Notes: a model not told the origin generated them from the sequence alone. Numbered from the stretch's first letter, positions 24,345 to 32,841 are shown. The stretch: 54,793 nucleotides of DNA from Nitrospinota bacterium (GCA_003489165.1 DNJG01000007.1:1-54793), one strand, 5' to 3'. Numbers and translations are program-made.

Positions 24345-26144
24345 TTATATCGCAGGCTCATTACCCTCTTTAAGTGTATTCAACAGCCTATTGCCGCCTG
24401 TGATAAATTCCCTCTCTTCTGGATCTCCAAGCTGATATTCAAGTTTTGACATCTCATCATAATCCCCGACGGAGAGTGATGCTGTTCCTCCCGGTGGGTC
24501 AACAAAGAATGTCCCTCTCATTTCAAGGTGGAGTGGTCCGCAGAACTGCTGGCAGTAGAATTCAAATTCACCTGCCTTATCAGCAATGAATTCTCCTACG
24601 CCTGACATACCCCTTACTCCGTCTATCCTTGTCTTCTGGCCATAATATCCTGCTGGCAAGAATCCCATAGTAACATCAGGATTCTTTGTAAGACCTGCTG
24701 CCTTATCAATGTTTGTAAGGATTATTCTTACCTTTGCACCCTTTTTAACATGGATAAACCTTGGGATATACCCATAGCTGAATGCCTTTATCCTTACTAC
24801 AGTGACATCCCCTTCCTGGGTTACACCTGGCTTTCCATCATCCCTCGGGATAAAATATCTCTTTGCACCAGCAAGATGAAGCGGCTCTAATGACGGCCTC
24901 TTTGTCAGGCTTCTGCCCGGAGTATTTTTATCATCAAAGCTGACCTTTACATCCCCCAGCTCATAACCCTTGGCAAACAAGTCACCACCCGTACCTGTAT
25001 TCCATCTCTGGATAGTGGTAGAGAATATCTGCCTGCCTTCATGCGGCTCTCCATTTATTGGAACAATTTTTACACTCTTTCCATAGGTTGGAGAGAGTTC
25101 ATCAATATCCTGCTCCTCAAAATTAATCGCAAATACTATACCTGTCGGATTGAAAAGACCTGTGGAGAACTTATTCTGAGATACATAGTAATGGTCATCA
25201 GGTGAAATTGAATTGTGTCCCACCCTGTAGTGGATTGGGAACTCATCAACCATCTGCATTCTGCCAAGGTCAACCTTACAGGTTGAGTCAGAAACAAAGC
25301 TGCTTATATAGTTATACTTTCCATAGGAATCAGGCTGATTGTGAAGAGGGCCTGCACCAACTGGAATAACCCTATGAACCTTTAACTGCCTCACATCAAT
25401 AACAGACTGAGTTGCAGAAAGCTTATCACAAACTACAGCCCATCTGTTCGTCGGCACAAAATTGGTTCCATGCGGGTTCTTACCGACCGGGATTTCCTTT
25501 ATAAATTTAAAAGGGTCCTGGCTGAAGACCATAACCGCACTGTGATAATAGTTACCTGCAAATACATATTTTCCATCCTTGCTTGCATCAGGATAGTCAG
25601 GTGCGCTTGGTGCCGGTGGCACATCAATTACTGTTGTTGCACCATCCGCAACCCTCATCTTTGCCATCTTGCCTGAAAGCTCGCCTGTTAGAAATATATA
25701 TTTACCATTCGGACTCATTGCTGCTGAGTGGTGAATACCAAATGGTTTTGGATTTGCAAGAATCCTCTCTGCAAAACCAGTTTGTAAATTCAACTCAATA
25801 ACTGCATCTGCACCCTTGTCTGATACCCAGAGAAACTTTCCATCAGGTGTTCCGTTGTTGTTACCGGCATTTGAACCGCTGAATGGGAAGTTGTGCATAT
25901 CAACGCCCATTTTAATATATCTGTAAACCTTCATACTTGGGATACCAATAACACCGATATTCCCGTCATGTCCGCCAGCCTCATAGAGCATTGCATAATC
26001 TCTCAGAGGCGAGTCGCTGTCCTGAGGTGCTATTACCTGCCAATCCCTCTGGTCAGCAGGCGTAAGCTCCGTCTTACGGGCTTCTGCTATCCCTGCTAAA
26101 AATAATACTGCTAAAATTAAGGCTAAAAAGCCCTTTTTATTCAT
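24345..26144 (-). CDS. Nitrous-oxide-reductase-like protein: Sec signal, beta-propeller, C-terminal CuA-type cupredoxin; divergent metal ligands
   Basis: GGHDGNIGVIGIPSM resembles the NosZ N-terminus. His-containing blades are FGIHHS, NPHGTNF, GPLHNQ, VGHNS and EPHEG. C-terminal YCQQFCGPLHLEM matches the CuA CxxxCxxxHxxM motif. Strong SD GGAGGTGA upstream. Confidence 0.7.
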   Translation of the reverse strand: MNKKGFLALILAVLFLAGIAEARKTELTPADQRDWQVIAPQDSDSPLRDYAMLYEAGGHDGNIGVIGIPSMKVYRYIKMGVDMHNFPFSGSNAGNNNGTPDGKFLWVSDKGADAVIELNLQTGFAERILANPKPFGIHHSAAMSPNGKYIFLTGELSGKMAKMRVADGATTVIDVPPAPSAPDYPDASKDGKYVFAGNYYHSAVMVFSQDPFKFIKEIPVGKNPHGTNFVPTNRWAVVCDKLSATQSVIDVRQLKVHRVIPVGAGPLHNQPDSYGKYNYISSFVSDSTCKVDLGRMQMVDEFPIHYRVGHNSISPDDHYYVSQNKFSTGLFNPTGIVFAINFEEQDIDELSPTYGKSVKIVPINGEPHEGRQIFSTTIQRWNTGTGGDLFAKGYELGDVKVSFDDKNTPGRSLTKRPSLEPLHLAGAKRYFIPRDDGKPGVTQEGDVTVVRIKAFSYGYIPRFIHVKKGAKVRIILTNIDKAAGLTKNPDVTMGFLPAGYYGQKTRIDGVRGMSGVGEFIADKAGEFEFYCQQFCGPLHLEMRGTFFVDPPGGTASLSVGDYDEMSKLEYQLGDPEEREFITGGNRLLNTLKEGNEPAI

Positions 26145-26172
26145 TTATTTTCACCTCCATTCCCTTTTAAAA

Positions 26173-26592
26173 TCATGGCTCATGCCCAAAATATACCCCT
26201 GCCTTCATATCTGACTCTAACCTCTTAATCATGTAATCATCTGGATTCAGGATGCTTATCTTCCTTGCCAGCCATTTACCATCTTTGGGCCATCCATGAA
26301 CCTCTGCAAGAGTCCCCTCTTTCAACTCAGCAAATTTCTTGAATGCACCTCTCTCTGATGGATCCTTTGTTGTCTTTACCTGAATCTGACACTCATCCTG
26401 CATATTGAGCTTCCATGTCTTTGGGGTCTTCTCAAATTTTGTTGTAAGCTCAATAACCCTTGCACCCCTGTCAATCTTTGTGATTGTCCCTATATATGAT
26501 GTATCATCAGGAAGAGACCCATCATAAGAGAAGGCTATGCCGCTGGAAAGAACAAACAATGAAATAACTATAATTGATAGATATTTTTTCAA
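26173..26592 (-). CDS. Small secreted protein of unknown function
   Basis: Signal peptide (KKYLSIIVISLFVLSSGIAFS). The likely start is the TTG at 26592, 8 nt after SD GGAGG; the tracked GTG at 26601 abuts the SD. Confidence 0.55.
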   Translation of the reverse strand: MKKYLSIIVISLFVLSSGIAFSYDGSLPDDTSYIGTITKIDRGARVIELTTKFEKTPKTWKLNMQDECQIQVKTTKDPSERGAFKKFAELKEGTLAEVHGWPKDGKWLARKISILNPDDYMIKRLESDMKAGVYFGHEP

Positions 26593-26863
26593 ATTTTTCA
26601 CCTCCTTTCATTTTTAAAATTAGTGATTAACGGATGTATAACTAAGCAAGATATATGCCACTGTCAAAAAAAAGTTAAAACCATATAACTATTTGATATT
26701 TATAGCTATTCATTCAGGCATCTCAAACTAAAATAGTAGAAATATCACATTAATGTTACACATTAAAATAAAGATATTTGAAACCTATTGAATTTATAGA
26801 ATAATGTTATTCTCAAATAAATACAGATTTGTCACTTTAATGTTACAATCCTATTAAACATCT

Positions 26864-27604
26864 TTATTTTAGCGGTTTTAAGGGATGAAATATGTCCGAA
26901 ATAGTTACATCAATATCAAAGGCATCCTTCAACAATTCGCTTGCTATTATCTCATGCGGCTCGCCAGATGCTATCAACATGCCATCTTTAACTATATATA
27001 CACAATCAAACTGAAATGCCATATTTATATCATGTAAAGCCATAACAACAGATATATTCTTAATATCTCTAAGGTTCCTGAGCAATCTTATCAACTCTAT
27101 CTGATACTTAATATCAAGGTTTGCGAGAGGTTCATCAAGAAGTAAAATCCCTGCCCCCTGAAGCAGTGTCATAGCTATAAAGACCCTCCTCCTCTCGCCG
27201 CCGCTTAACTCCGTTATGAAAGAATCTGTTTTTTCGCCAAGGCCAACCATTTTTATAGCCTCTTCAGGTGATAGCTGAGGGAGGATGTCATAAGGATAAA
27301 GTCCCATACTGACAAGTTCCCTCACCCTGAATGGGACATTAATATCAAGCATCTGCGGAAGATAACTTAGGAGCTTTGCCCTGTCTTTTCCCTTATACTG
27401 ATGGAGCGGTTTATTCCACAAGTTTATCTCTCCCATTTGAGGCGCAAGAATCCCCGCCGATAGTTTTAGTAATGTGGACTTCCCTGAGCCGTTTGCCCCT
27501 AACAGGCCAATGAACTCCCCGCCATTAACGGATATTGAGAGGTCTTTTATAAATCCTTTTCTGTTGTATGAAAATGAAATTTTCTTTAAATCAAGTATTC
27601 CCAC
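26864..27604 (-). CDS. btuD: ABC transporter ATP-binding protein, FecE/BtuD family
   Basis: Walker A GANGSGKST, signature LSGGERRR, Walker B ILLLDEP. GTG start lies directly after the permease stop. Confidence 0.85.
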   Translation of the reverse strand: MGILDLKKISFSYNRKGFIKDLSISVNGGEFIGLLGANGSGKSTLLKLSAGILAPQMGEINLWNKPLHQYKGKDRAKLLSYLPQMLDINVPFRVRELVSMGLYPYDILPQLSPEEAIKMVGLGEKTDSFITELSGGERRRVFIAMTLLQGAGILLLDEPLANLDIKYQIELIRLLRNLRDIKNISVVMALHDINMAFQFDCVYIVKDGMLIASGEPHEIIASELLKDAFDIDVTISDIFHPLKPLK

Positions 27605-27605
27605 C

Positions 27606-28565
27606 CTACACCCCCATTATCTCCCTTTTCCTTAAAAGATAAAGGAAGTATGGTGCGCCAATTATAGCAGTAATAATCCCTGCTGGAATTTCTGTCGGCG
27701 ATACAATTGTCCTGCCGATTGTATCTGCCATACACAAAAAAGTCCCTCCAACCAAGGCAGACAGGGGCAATAGAAATCTGCAATCAGAACCAACGAAAAA
27801 CCTGATTATGTGAGGTATCAGAAGCCCTATAAAACCTACAACACCGCCTAATGATACGGATGATGCAGTCATAAGCCCTACTGAAATAAACAAAATCAAT
27901 CTTTCTTTAAATGGAGAAAAACCAAGGCTGTAGGCAATCTCGTCTCCCAGTATCAGTGCATTTAAACCCTTTACCCGCCAGATGGAAAGCAGAAAACCTG
28001 CAAAGATAAAAATTAATCCATATGGAATCAGCGACCAATCTGCCATTGATAAATCTCCAAATATCCAAAGCATCGCCCTTTTTAATCCCTCATCCGCAGA
28101 GATGCTCATAAGAAGCATAAGGATTGAAGAAAAGAGAAAACCTATTCCAATACCTGCAAGTAGTAATCTCTCAGGGAGAAGCCCTCCCCTTTTATATCCC
28201 ATAATACCAACTGCAATGCCGGTAGAAATTGCACCAATAAAGGCAAGCAATGGAATTGTAAAGAGTCCAAATATAATTTTTCCAAATATAAGACCTGCGG
28301 CAGCCGTCAGTGTTGCACCGCTTGATATGCCAAGTATATAGGGGTCTGCAAGTGGATTTCTAAGAAGCCCTTGAAGTATAGCCCCTGATACACCAAGGGC
28401 TGACCCCATAAGTATAGAAACGATAACACGCGGAAGCCTTATTGAGAAAATGATTTGACTGCCTGTGTCATCCAGATTGAATGGGTTAATAAACTTTGGC
28501 CATATAAAGACAGAAACAAACAATATGCAGATAGAGACAATAATCAATAATATAATCTTTCTCAT
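27606..28565 (-). CDS. btuC: FecCD/BtuC-family ABC permease
   Basis: 319 aa polytopic protein with typical FecCD motifs (RLPRV, NPLADPYILGISSGA, GAPYFLYLL). Confidence 0.88.
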   Translation of the reverse strand: MRKIILLIIVSICILFVSVFIWPKFINPFNLDDTGSQIIFSIRLPRVIVSILMGSALGVSGAILQGLLRNPLADPYILGISSGATLTAAAGLIFGKIIFGLFTIPLLAFIGAISTGIAVGIMGYKRGGLLPERLLLAGIGIGFLFSSILMLLMSISADEGLKRAMLWIFGDLSMADWSLIPYGLIFIFAGFLLSIWRVKGLNALILGDEIAYSLGFSPFKERLILFISVGLMTASSVSLGGVVGFIGLLIPHIIRFFVGSDCRFLLPLSALVGGTFLCMADTIGRTIVSPTEIPAGIITAIIGAPYFLYLLRKREIMGV

Positions 28566-28573
28566 TCTTTTTA

Positions 28574-29527
28574 TTACTTCTGGTTTCTTGCTTCTGGCTT
28601 CTGACCTCTATTTAAATACCCTTTCAACTCTTCAATCCCCTCTACTATCCTCGGTCCAAGCCTGTAAAGTGCATCACCCGTATAATAAACCCTCCCATTC
28701 TTTACAGCCTTAAGCATGCCAAGTTTTTCTAAAAGCCCTTTTGAGAGTTCCTTTGTATCAGCACCCATACTCTTTCCTATTAAAATGGCATTAGGTGAAC
28801 GATGTATAACCTCCTCAATTGAATATTTAGGATACCCTCCCACGACATCAGATGCAATATTCTCCCAGCCAAGCAATTGTAGGGCATCATCAATTGTTGT
28901 GCCATGTCCTGCTACAAGCAGAGGCTCGGGCCAGACAATAAAGAGAGCCTTTCCTTTAACTTCTGGCTTCTGACTTCCAGCTTCTGACTTCTGAAGTTTG
29001 TTTTCTATCTCTTCTGCAAGTTTATTCGCCCTTTCTCCTGCACCGAGGGTAATACCTAACTCCCTTATTCCTTCTGACAGTTCAGAAAGCCGCCTTGCCC
29101 TGAATACATAGGTCTGTATTCCAAGTTGTTTCAACCTCTCTTCAAACCCCTTTGGATTTCCATCTGTAGTCATTACAACAATATCTGGCTTCATAGAGAC
29201 AACGGCCTCAAGGGATGGATTAGACATACCTCCGATTTTAGGCTTCTCTTTTGCTCGAGGCGGGTAATCGCAGAAATTGGTTACCGCTAAAATCTTATCT
29301 TCAAGCTCAATGGCATAGAGAATCTCAGTGATGTTAGGTGCAAGTGATACAATTCTCTCAATGGGTGAGGAGAAAGCTGTGCTTGATAAAAATATAAATA
29401 TAATCAACCACAGAGAACCCAAAGAAAGAAAATAAAAAAATAAATTATATATATTGTCTAAAGAAAACCTGCTTCCTATTTGATTTAATATCTTTATTTT
29501 TCTCTGTGTCCTCTGTGGTAAATACAT
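28574..29527 (-). CDS. btuF: Periplasmic cobalamin/siderophore-binding protein (BtuF-like); start codon uncertain
   Basis: RIVSLAPNITEILYAIELEDKILAVTNFCDYP is typical of class III SBPs. The 5' ~120 nt run through repeat copy G. The C-terminal tail and an internal linker are encoded by CTTCTGR heptamers. Confidence 0.75.
   Translation of the reverse strand: MYLPQRTQRKIKILNQIGSRFSLDNIYNLFFYFLSLGSLWLIIFIFLSSTAFSSPIERIVSLAPNITEILYAIELEDKILAVTNFCDYPPRAKEKPKIGGMSNPSLEAVVSMKPDIVVMTTDGNPKGFEERLKQLGIQTYVFRARRLSELSEGIRELGITLGAGERANKLAEEIENKLQKSEAGSQKPEVKGKALFIVWPEPLLVAGHGTTIDDALQLLGWENIASDVVGGYPKYSIEEVIHRSPNAILIGKSMGADTKELSKGLLEKLGMLKAVKNGRVYYTGDALYRLGPRIVEGIEELKGYLNRGQKPEARNQK
29402..29524. repeat. 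CCACAGAG-type palindromic repeat, copy G, lying within the annotated 5' end of btuF
   Basis: AATCAACCACAGAGAACCC ... TTTCTCTGTGTCCTCTGTGGTAAAT. Confidence 0.8.
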
Positions 29528-29530
29528 AAA

Positions 29531-31519
29531 TTAAAATTGCGCCGATAACCCCGCAAGAAAATTAATCTCAGTGGAAGGATAATATGCCTTTTGAGCCGGA
29601 AAGCCGCCTATTACTCCATATTCTGAATATTCTTTATTAGTTATATTATTGATGTCCAAGAATGCTTCTGTCTTTTTCCATCGGTATTTAAGCTTTGTAT
29701 TGAGCACAATATACTGTTCCTGAGAGCTGAAGCTGTTTGAAAAGTCGCTTATAAAGGGCCGTTCTCCGACATATATCCCACCCACATTAAGAGTTAAACC
29801 TCTTGCCGGAGTAAAAGAAGCATCTGCTGCTGCTTTATGCCTCGGAACATCGGGTATATCCTTTCCTGCAAAGCTGCCGTCTTTTGTCTTCGCTTCCATA
29901 TAGGTATAGCTTCCTCTAATAACCATCCAGTCAAATTCATTACTGCAAGAGATTTCCATTCCCTCCCGCCTTGTTAAACCATCCATATTCATATTGGCAT
30001 AACTCAGAGCGTTATAGAAAATCTCATTCTTTGTGTCAACCCTGAAAAAACTCACATTACCATATCGCTTACTGCTAAAAGGAATCTTTACTCCAAGCTC
30101 AAAATCATCAGAGTTTTGATTGAGAAGACCTGTGTTTACAGTATTTGTAAAGAAGCTGTACAACTCATCCAATACAGGGTATCTAAAGCTTCTGGTAAAG
30201 CTGATGTATGGAAAATATTTCCCGTTGAGATTATAATTAACTCCTATAGTATAAGATGATTCACTCCATGTCTTTTTTGCGGGAGTGCCGGGCTCAAAGG
30301 AATAATCTGCACTGTCGCTTCGATAGCCCCCTGATACTCTGAGACCTTGTAAAAGCTCAAGCTCATCAAACATGTAATAACCATAGTTGGTTTTACCGAG
30401 CTTATACTTTCCCAAAGAACTTATTCCAAAATATAATGAATCATTTGTGATATCCTCGCCTGCACTATAATAATCAAGACCAATGGTCAGCTTATTATTT
30501 AAATTTGCAACATCATTATTTAAAAAAAGTTGTGGCAGAAGCGCAAATGTTCCGATTGTTGTATCCCCTTTAAAATTTCCACCCGCAAATGACGAGTATG
30601 ATAAAGAGTCTCTTTTCCGAAAAGATGTATCTACTTTAAAGGAGCTGTCATTCTTAAAATATATCTCCGGCACCATGTGAATATAGTAATCTTTGACATC
30701 AGCAAAGTCATCTGGATTTAGCGATGATGTCCTTGATACCCCTGATGCAAGGTCACTTTCTTTAAGTGCCCCCGGAAGACCGGTTTTATCTTCATGATAC
30801 CCGCCGCTTATATTAACGGCAAGGCTATTAAAATGATACTCCATATTTATTCCGCTGTCCTTTGCATTTGTATAGCTGTTTCTCCTATAGCCATTGGAAT
30901 TAAGAAGACTCCCTGAGATGAATAGAGAGGCATTATCTGAACTGTTGCTGATATATGCTTCGCCTCTGGATGTCCCAAAACTTCCTCCATCTATCTCTCC
31001 ACCTGATTTCAATTCCTCTCCCTTTTTTGTAATTATATTGATGACCCCTCCGGCGGCATTATCACCATAGAGCACAGATCCCCTTCCTCCCCTGATGACT
31101 TCAATCCTCTTTACTCTGTCAAGAGGAATCTGTGTCCAATCTGTCCCGCTCAAATCCACATGGTTAACTTTTCTGCCGTCTATCAGTACCAGTGTATTCA
31201 GTCCGCCCGTTTCTCCAAATCCTCGTATATCTACATTATAACTTCTTTTGTTTCCAGCTATATCACTTACCTTTATATCAGCCTGCGTTTTTAAAAGGTC
31301 GGGTATAAACTGTGCTGTGCTGTTTTCAATATCTTCTTCGGTTATAACGGATACATTCAATGGGACAAAATTATACTCCTCTTTGTATCGTGTGGCTGTA
31401 ACAACAATTTCAGGTAAGGTTTCTACTGATTCTTGAGCAAAGGCAATGGTTGAAAGGCATGTAATTGATGAAGTGAAACCAAACAAAATAAAGCAGATAA
31501 AAAGAATGAACTCTCTCAT
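29531..31519 (-). CDS. btuB: TonB-dependent outer-membrane receptor (cobalamin receptor by riboswitch context)
   Basis: 662 aa with a signal peptide, TonB box EIVVTATR, a plug domain and a C-terminal aromatic residue (LSAQF). SD GAGGGAGGG upstream. Confidence 0.88.
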   Translation of the reverse strand: MREFILFICFILFGFTSSITCLSTIAFAQESVETLPEIVVTATRYKEEYNFVPLNVSVITEEDIENSTAQFIPDLLKTQADIKVSDIAGNKRSYNVDIRGFGETGGLNTLVLIDGRKVNHVDLSGTDWTQIPLDRVKRIEVIRGGRGSVLYGDNAAGGVINIITKKGEELKSGGEIDGGSFGTSRGEAYISNSSDNASLFISGSLLNSNGYRRNSYTNAKDSGINMEYHFNSLAVNISGGYHEDKTGLPGALKESDLASGVSRTSSLNPDDFADVKDYYIHMVPEIYFKNDSSFKVDTSFRKRDSLSYSSFAGGNFKGDTTIGTFALLPQLFLNNDVANLNNKLTIGLDYYSAGEDITNDSLYFGISSLGKYKLGKTNYGYYMFDELELLQGLRVSGGYRSDSADYSFEPGTPAKKTWSESSYTIGVNYNLNGKYFPYISFTRSFRYPVLDELYSFFTNTVNTGLLNQNSDDFELGVKIPFSSKRYGNVSFFRVDTKNEIFYNALSYANMNMDGLTRREGMEISCSNEFDWMVIRGSYTYMEAKTKDGSFAGKDIPDVPRHKAAADASFTPARGLTLNVGGIYVGERPFISDFSNSFSSQEQYIVLNTKLKYRWKKTEAFLDINNITNKEYSEYGVIGGFPAQKAYYPSTEINFLAGLSAQF

Positions 31520-31624
31520 TTTTCCCTCCCTCGAGAAAATTTAGTTTGTTTTGGCAGAGTCTCTTGTTCGTGTTTTTAACCCATAACTCCGAACTCCAAA
31601 CTCTGAACTTGTTTTGGCTTGGAT

Positions 31625-31775
31625 AGGTCTTCCGGCTTAAGGGCTACCTACTTACCTGCCTTCCCATCATGGCATTACCCATGACAGTGGCATGTAGGTT
31701 TTCGTTCCCTTTTACGGCTGCGGGGCAGCGGAGGATTTTCACCTCTCTTCCCTGGCATCCAGCCACCAATAATTG
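31625..31775 (-). promoter_or_regulatory. Cobalamin (B12) riboswitch
   Basis: Minus strand reads ...GGTGGCTGGATGCCAGGGAAGAGAGGTGAAAATCCTCCGCTGCCCCGCAGCCGTAAAAGGGAACG...ATGCCACTGTCATGGG...GGGAAGGCAGG. This covers the conserved GGTGAAAATCC core and the B12 box GCCACTG. Confidence 0.85.
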
Positions 31776-31919
31776 TCTTTACTTCTTACTGTTTAAGTTA
31801 TCACCTCCTTCCACTAACACCGATTCACTGTTTTTATATTTAAACAGCTTTTTAATTTTTTTGTCAAGTTTTTTATCTCTTTTCCATTATGGTTTTTAAT
31901 GCCTGACCCCATAAATTGA

Positions 31920-32108
31920 CATTTTTCCGATGTTCAAAAGAGACTTCCCTATTTCATAGAACATGTGTATAATCAAAAGCGTTTGCATTCATCCCTTGGT
32001 TACAGACCACCGGATGAGTTTGAGAGAATGCACTTAAAAACCCTGTCTGATTGCTCTAACTTAAAATGTCCGGTCTCAGGGGTGCAGTCCCTCTTGGATT
32101 TCTTTTAA
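31920..32108 (+). pseudogene. Remnant of the C-terminus of an IS3-family transposase (integrase-core tail)
   Basis: Translates to ...YFIEHVYNQKRLHSSLGYRPPDEFERMHLK...*, the canonical end of IS3 OrfB. No upstream catalytic domain or inverted repeats are present. Confidence 0.7.
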
Positions 32109-32157
32109 CAAGATTCTTCACTGAAGTTCAGAATGACAGAGGCAAAAGGAAATCGTA

Positions 32158-32841
32158 ATGAACGGTATTTTATACATTGTCAGCACACCTATAGGAAATC
32201 TTGAGGACATCACATTAAGAGCATTGAAGATTTTAAAAGAGGTTAATTTGATAGCGGCTGAGGATACGAGGAGGACAAAGGGGTTGCTTACCCATTATGG
32301 AATTTCAAAGTCATTAACAAGCTACTTTAGCCACAATGAAAAGGAGAAGGGTGAAGAGCTCCTGAATAAATTAAAAGATGGAGAAAATATAGCACTTGTT
32401 TCAGATGCTGGGACACCCGGCATATCAGACCCTGCATATTCCCTGATAAAATTAGCTCTTGAGAATAATATAGAAGTCCGCCCTATACCCGGTCCTGCAG
32501 GTGTTATTACTGCACTATCAGTATCAGGTCTCCCCACTGATAAATTTATTTTTGAGGGATTTCTGCCAAGAAAACCGGGAAAGAGATTAAAGAGGTTAGA
32601 ATCCTTTATAAATGAAGACAGAACTATTATAATATATGAATCGCCACATAGAATCCTTGCCACTTTACAGAAGATAGGAGATATACTCGGCAATAGGCCT
32701 GTAGCAGTGGGAAGAGAGATGACAAAGGTCTATGAAGAGGTTATCAGGGGGAGTGTGGAGGAGGTTATGCAGAAATTAAGGGGAAGGACGATGAAGGGGG
32801 AGATAACATTGATTGTCGGCGCCCATCAAAAAGAACCTTAA
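32158..32841 (+). CDS. rsmI: 16S rRNA (cytidine1402-2'-O)-methyltransferase
   Basis: LYIVSTPIGNLEDITLRALKILKEVNLIAAEDTRRT signature of the tetrapyrrole-methylase-fold RsmI. Confidence 0.88.
   Translation: MNGILYIVSTPIGNLEDITLRALKILKEVNLIAAEDTRRTKGLLTHYGISKSLTSYFSHNEKEKGEELLNKLKDGENIALVSDAGTPGISDPAYSLIKLALENNIEVRPIPGPAGVITALSVSGLPTDKFIFEGFLPRKPGKRLKRLESFINEDRTIIIYESPHRILATLQKIGDILGNRPVAVGREMTKVYEEVIRGSVEEVMQKLRGRTMKGEITLIVGAHQKEP

Noticed and set aside
24345-26144. Alternative reading of the 599-aa protein as a cytochrome oxidase subunit II or a generic YVTN propeller-cupredoxin fusion
   Set aside because: There are no N-terminal TM hairpins of CoxB. The GGHxG...GIPSM N-terminus and the ordered His-bearing blades match NosZ better. 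I kept it as NosZ-like while flagging the divergent ligands.
31669-31899. 76-aa plus-strand ORF
   Set aside because: It overlaps the cobalamin riboswitch and btuB promoter region on the opposite strand, so it is spurious.
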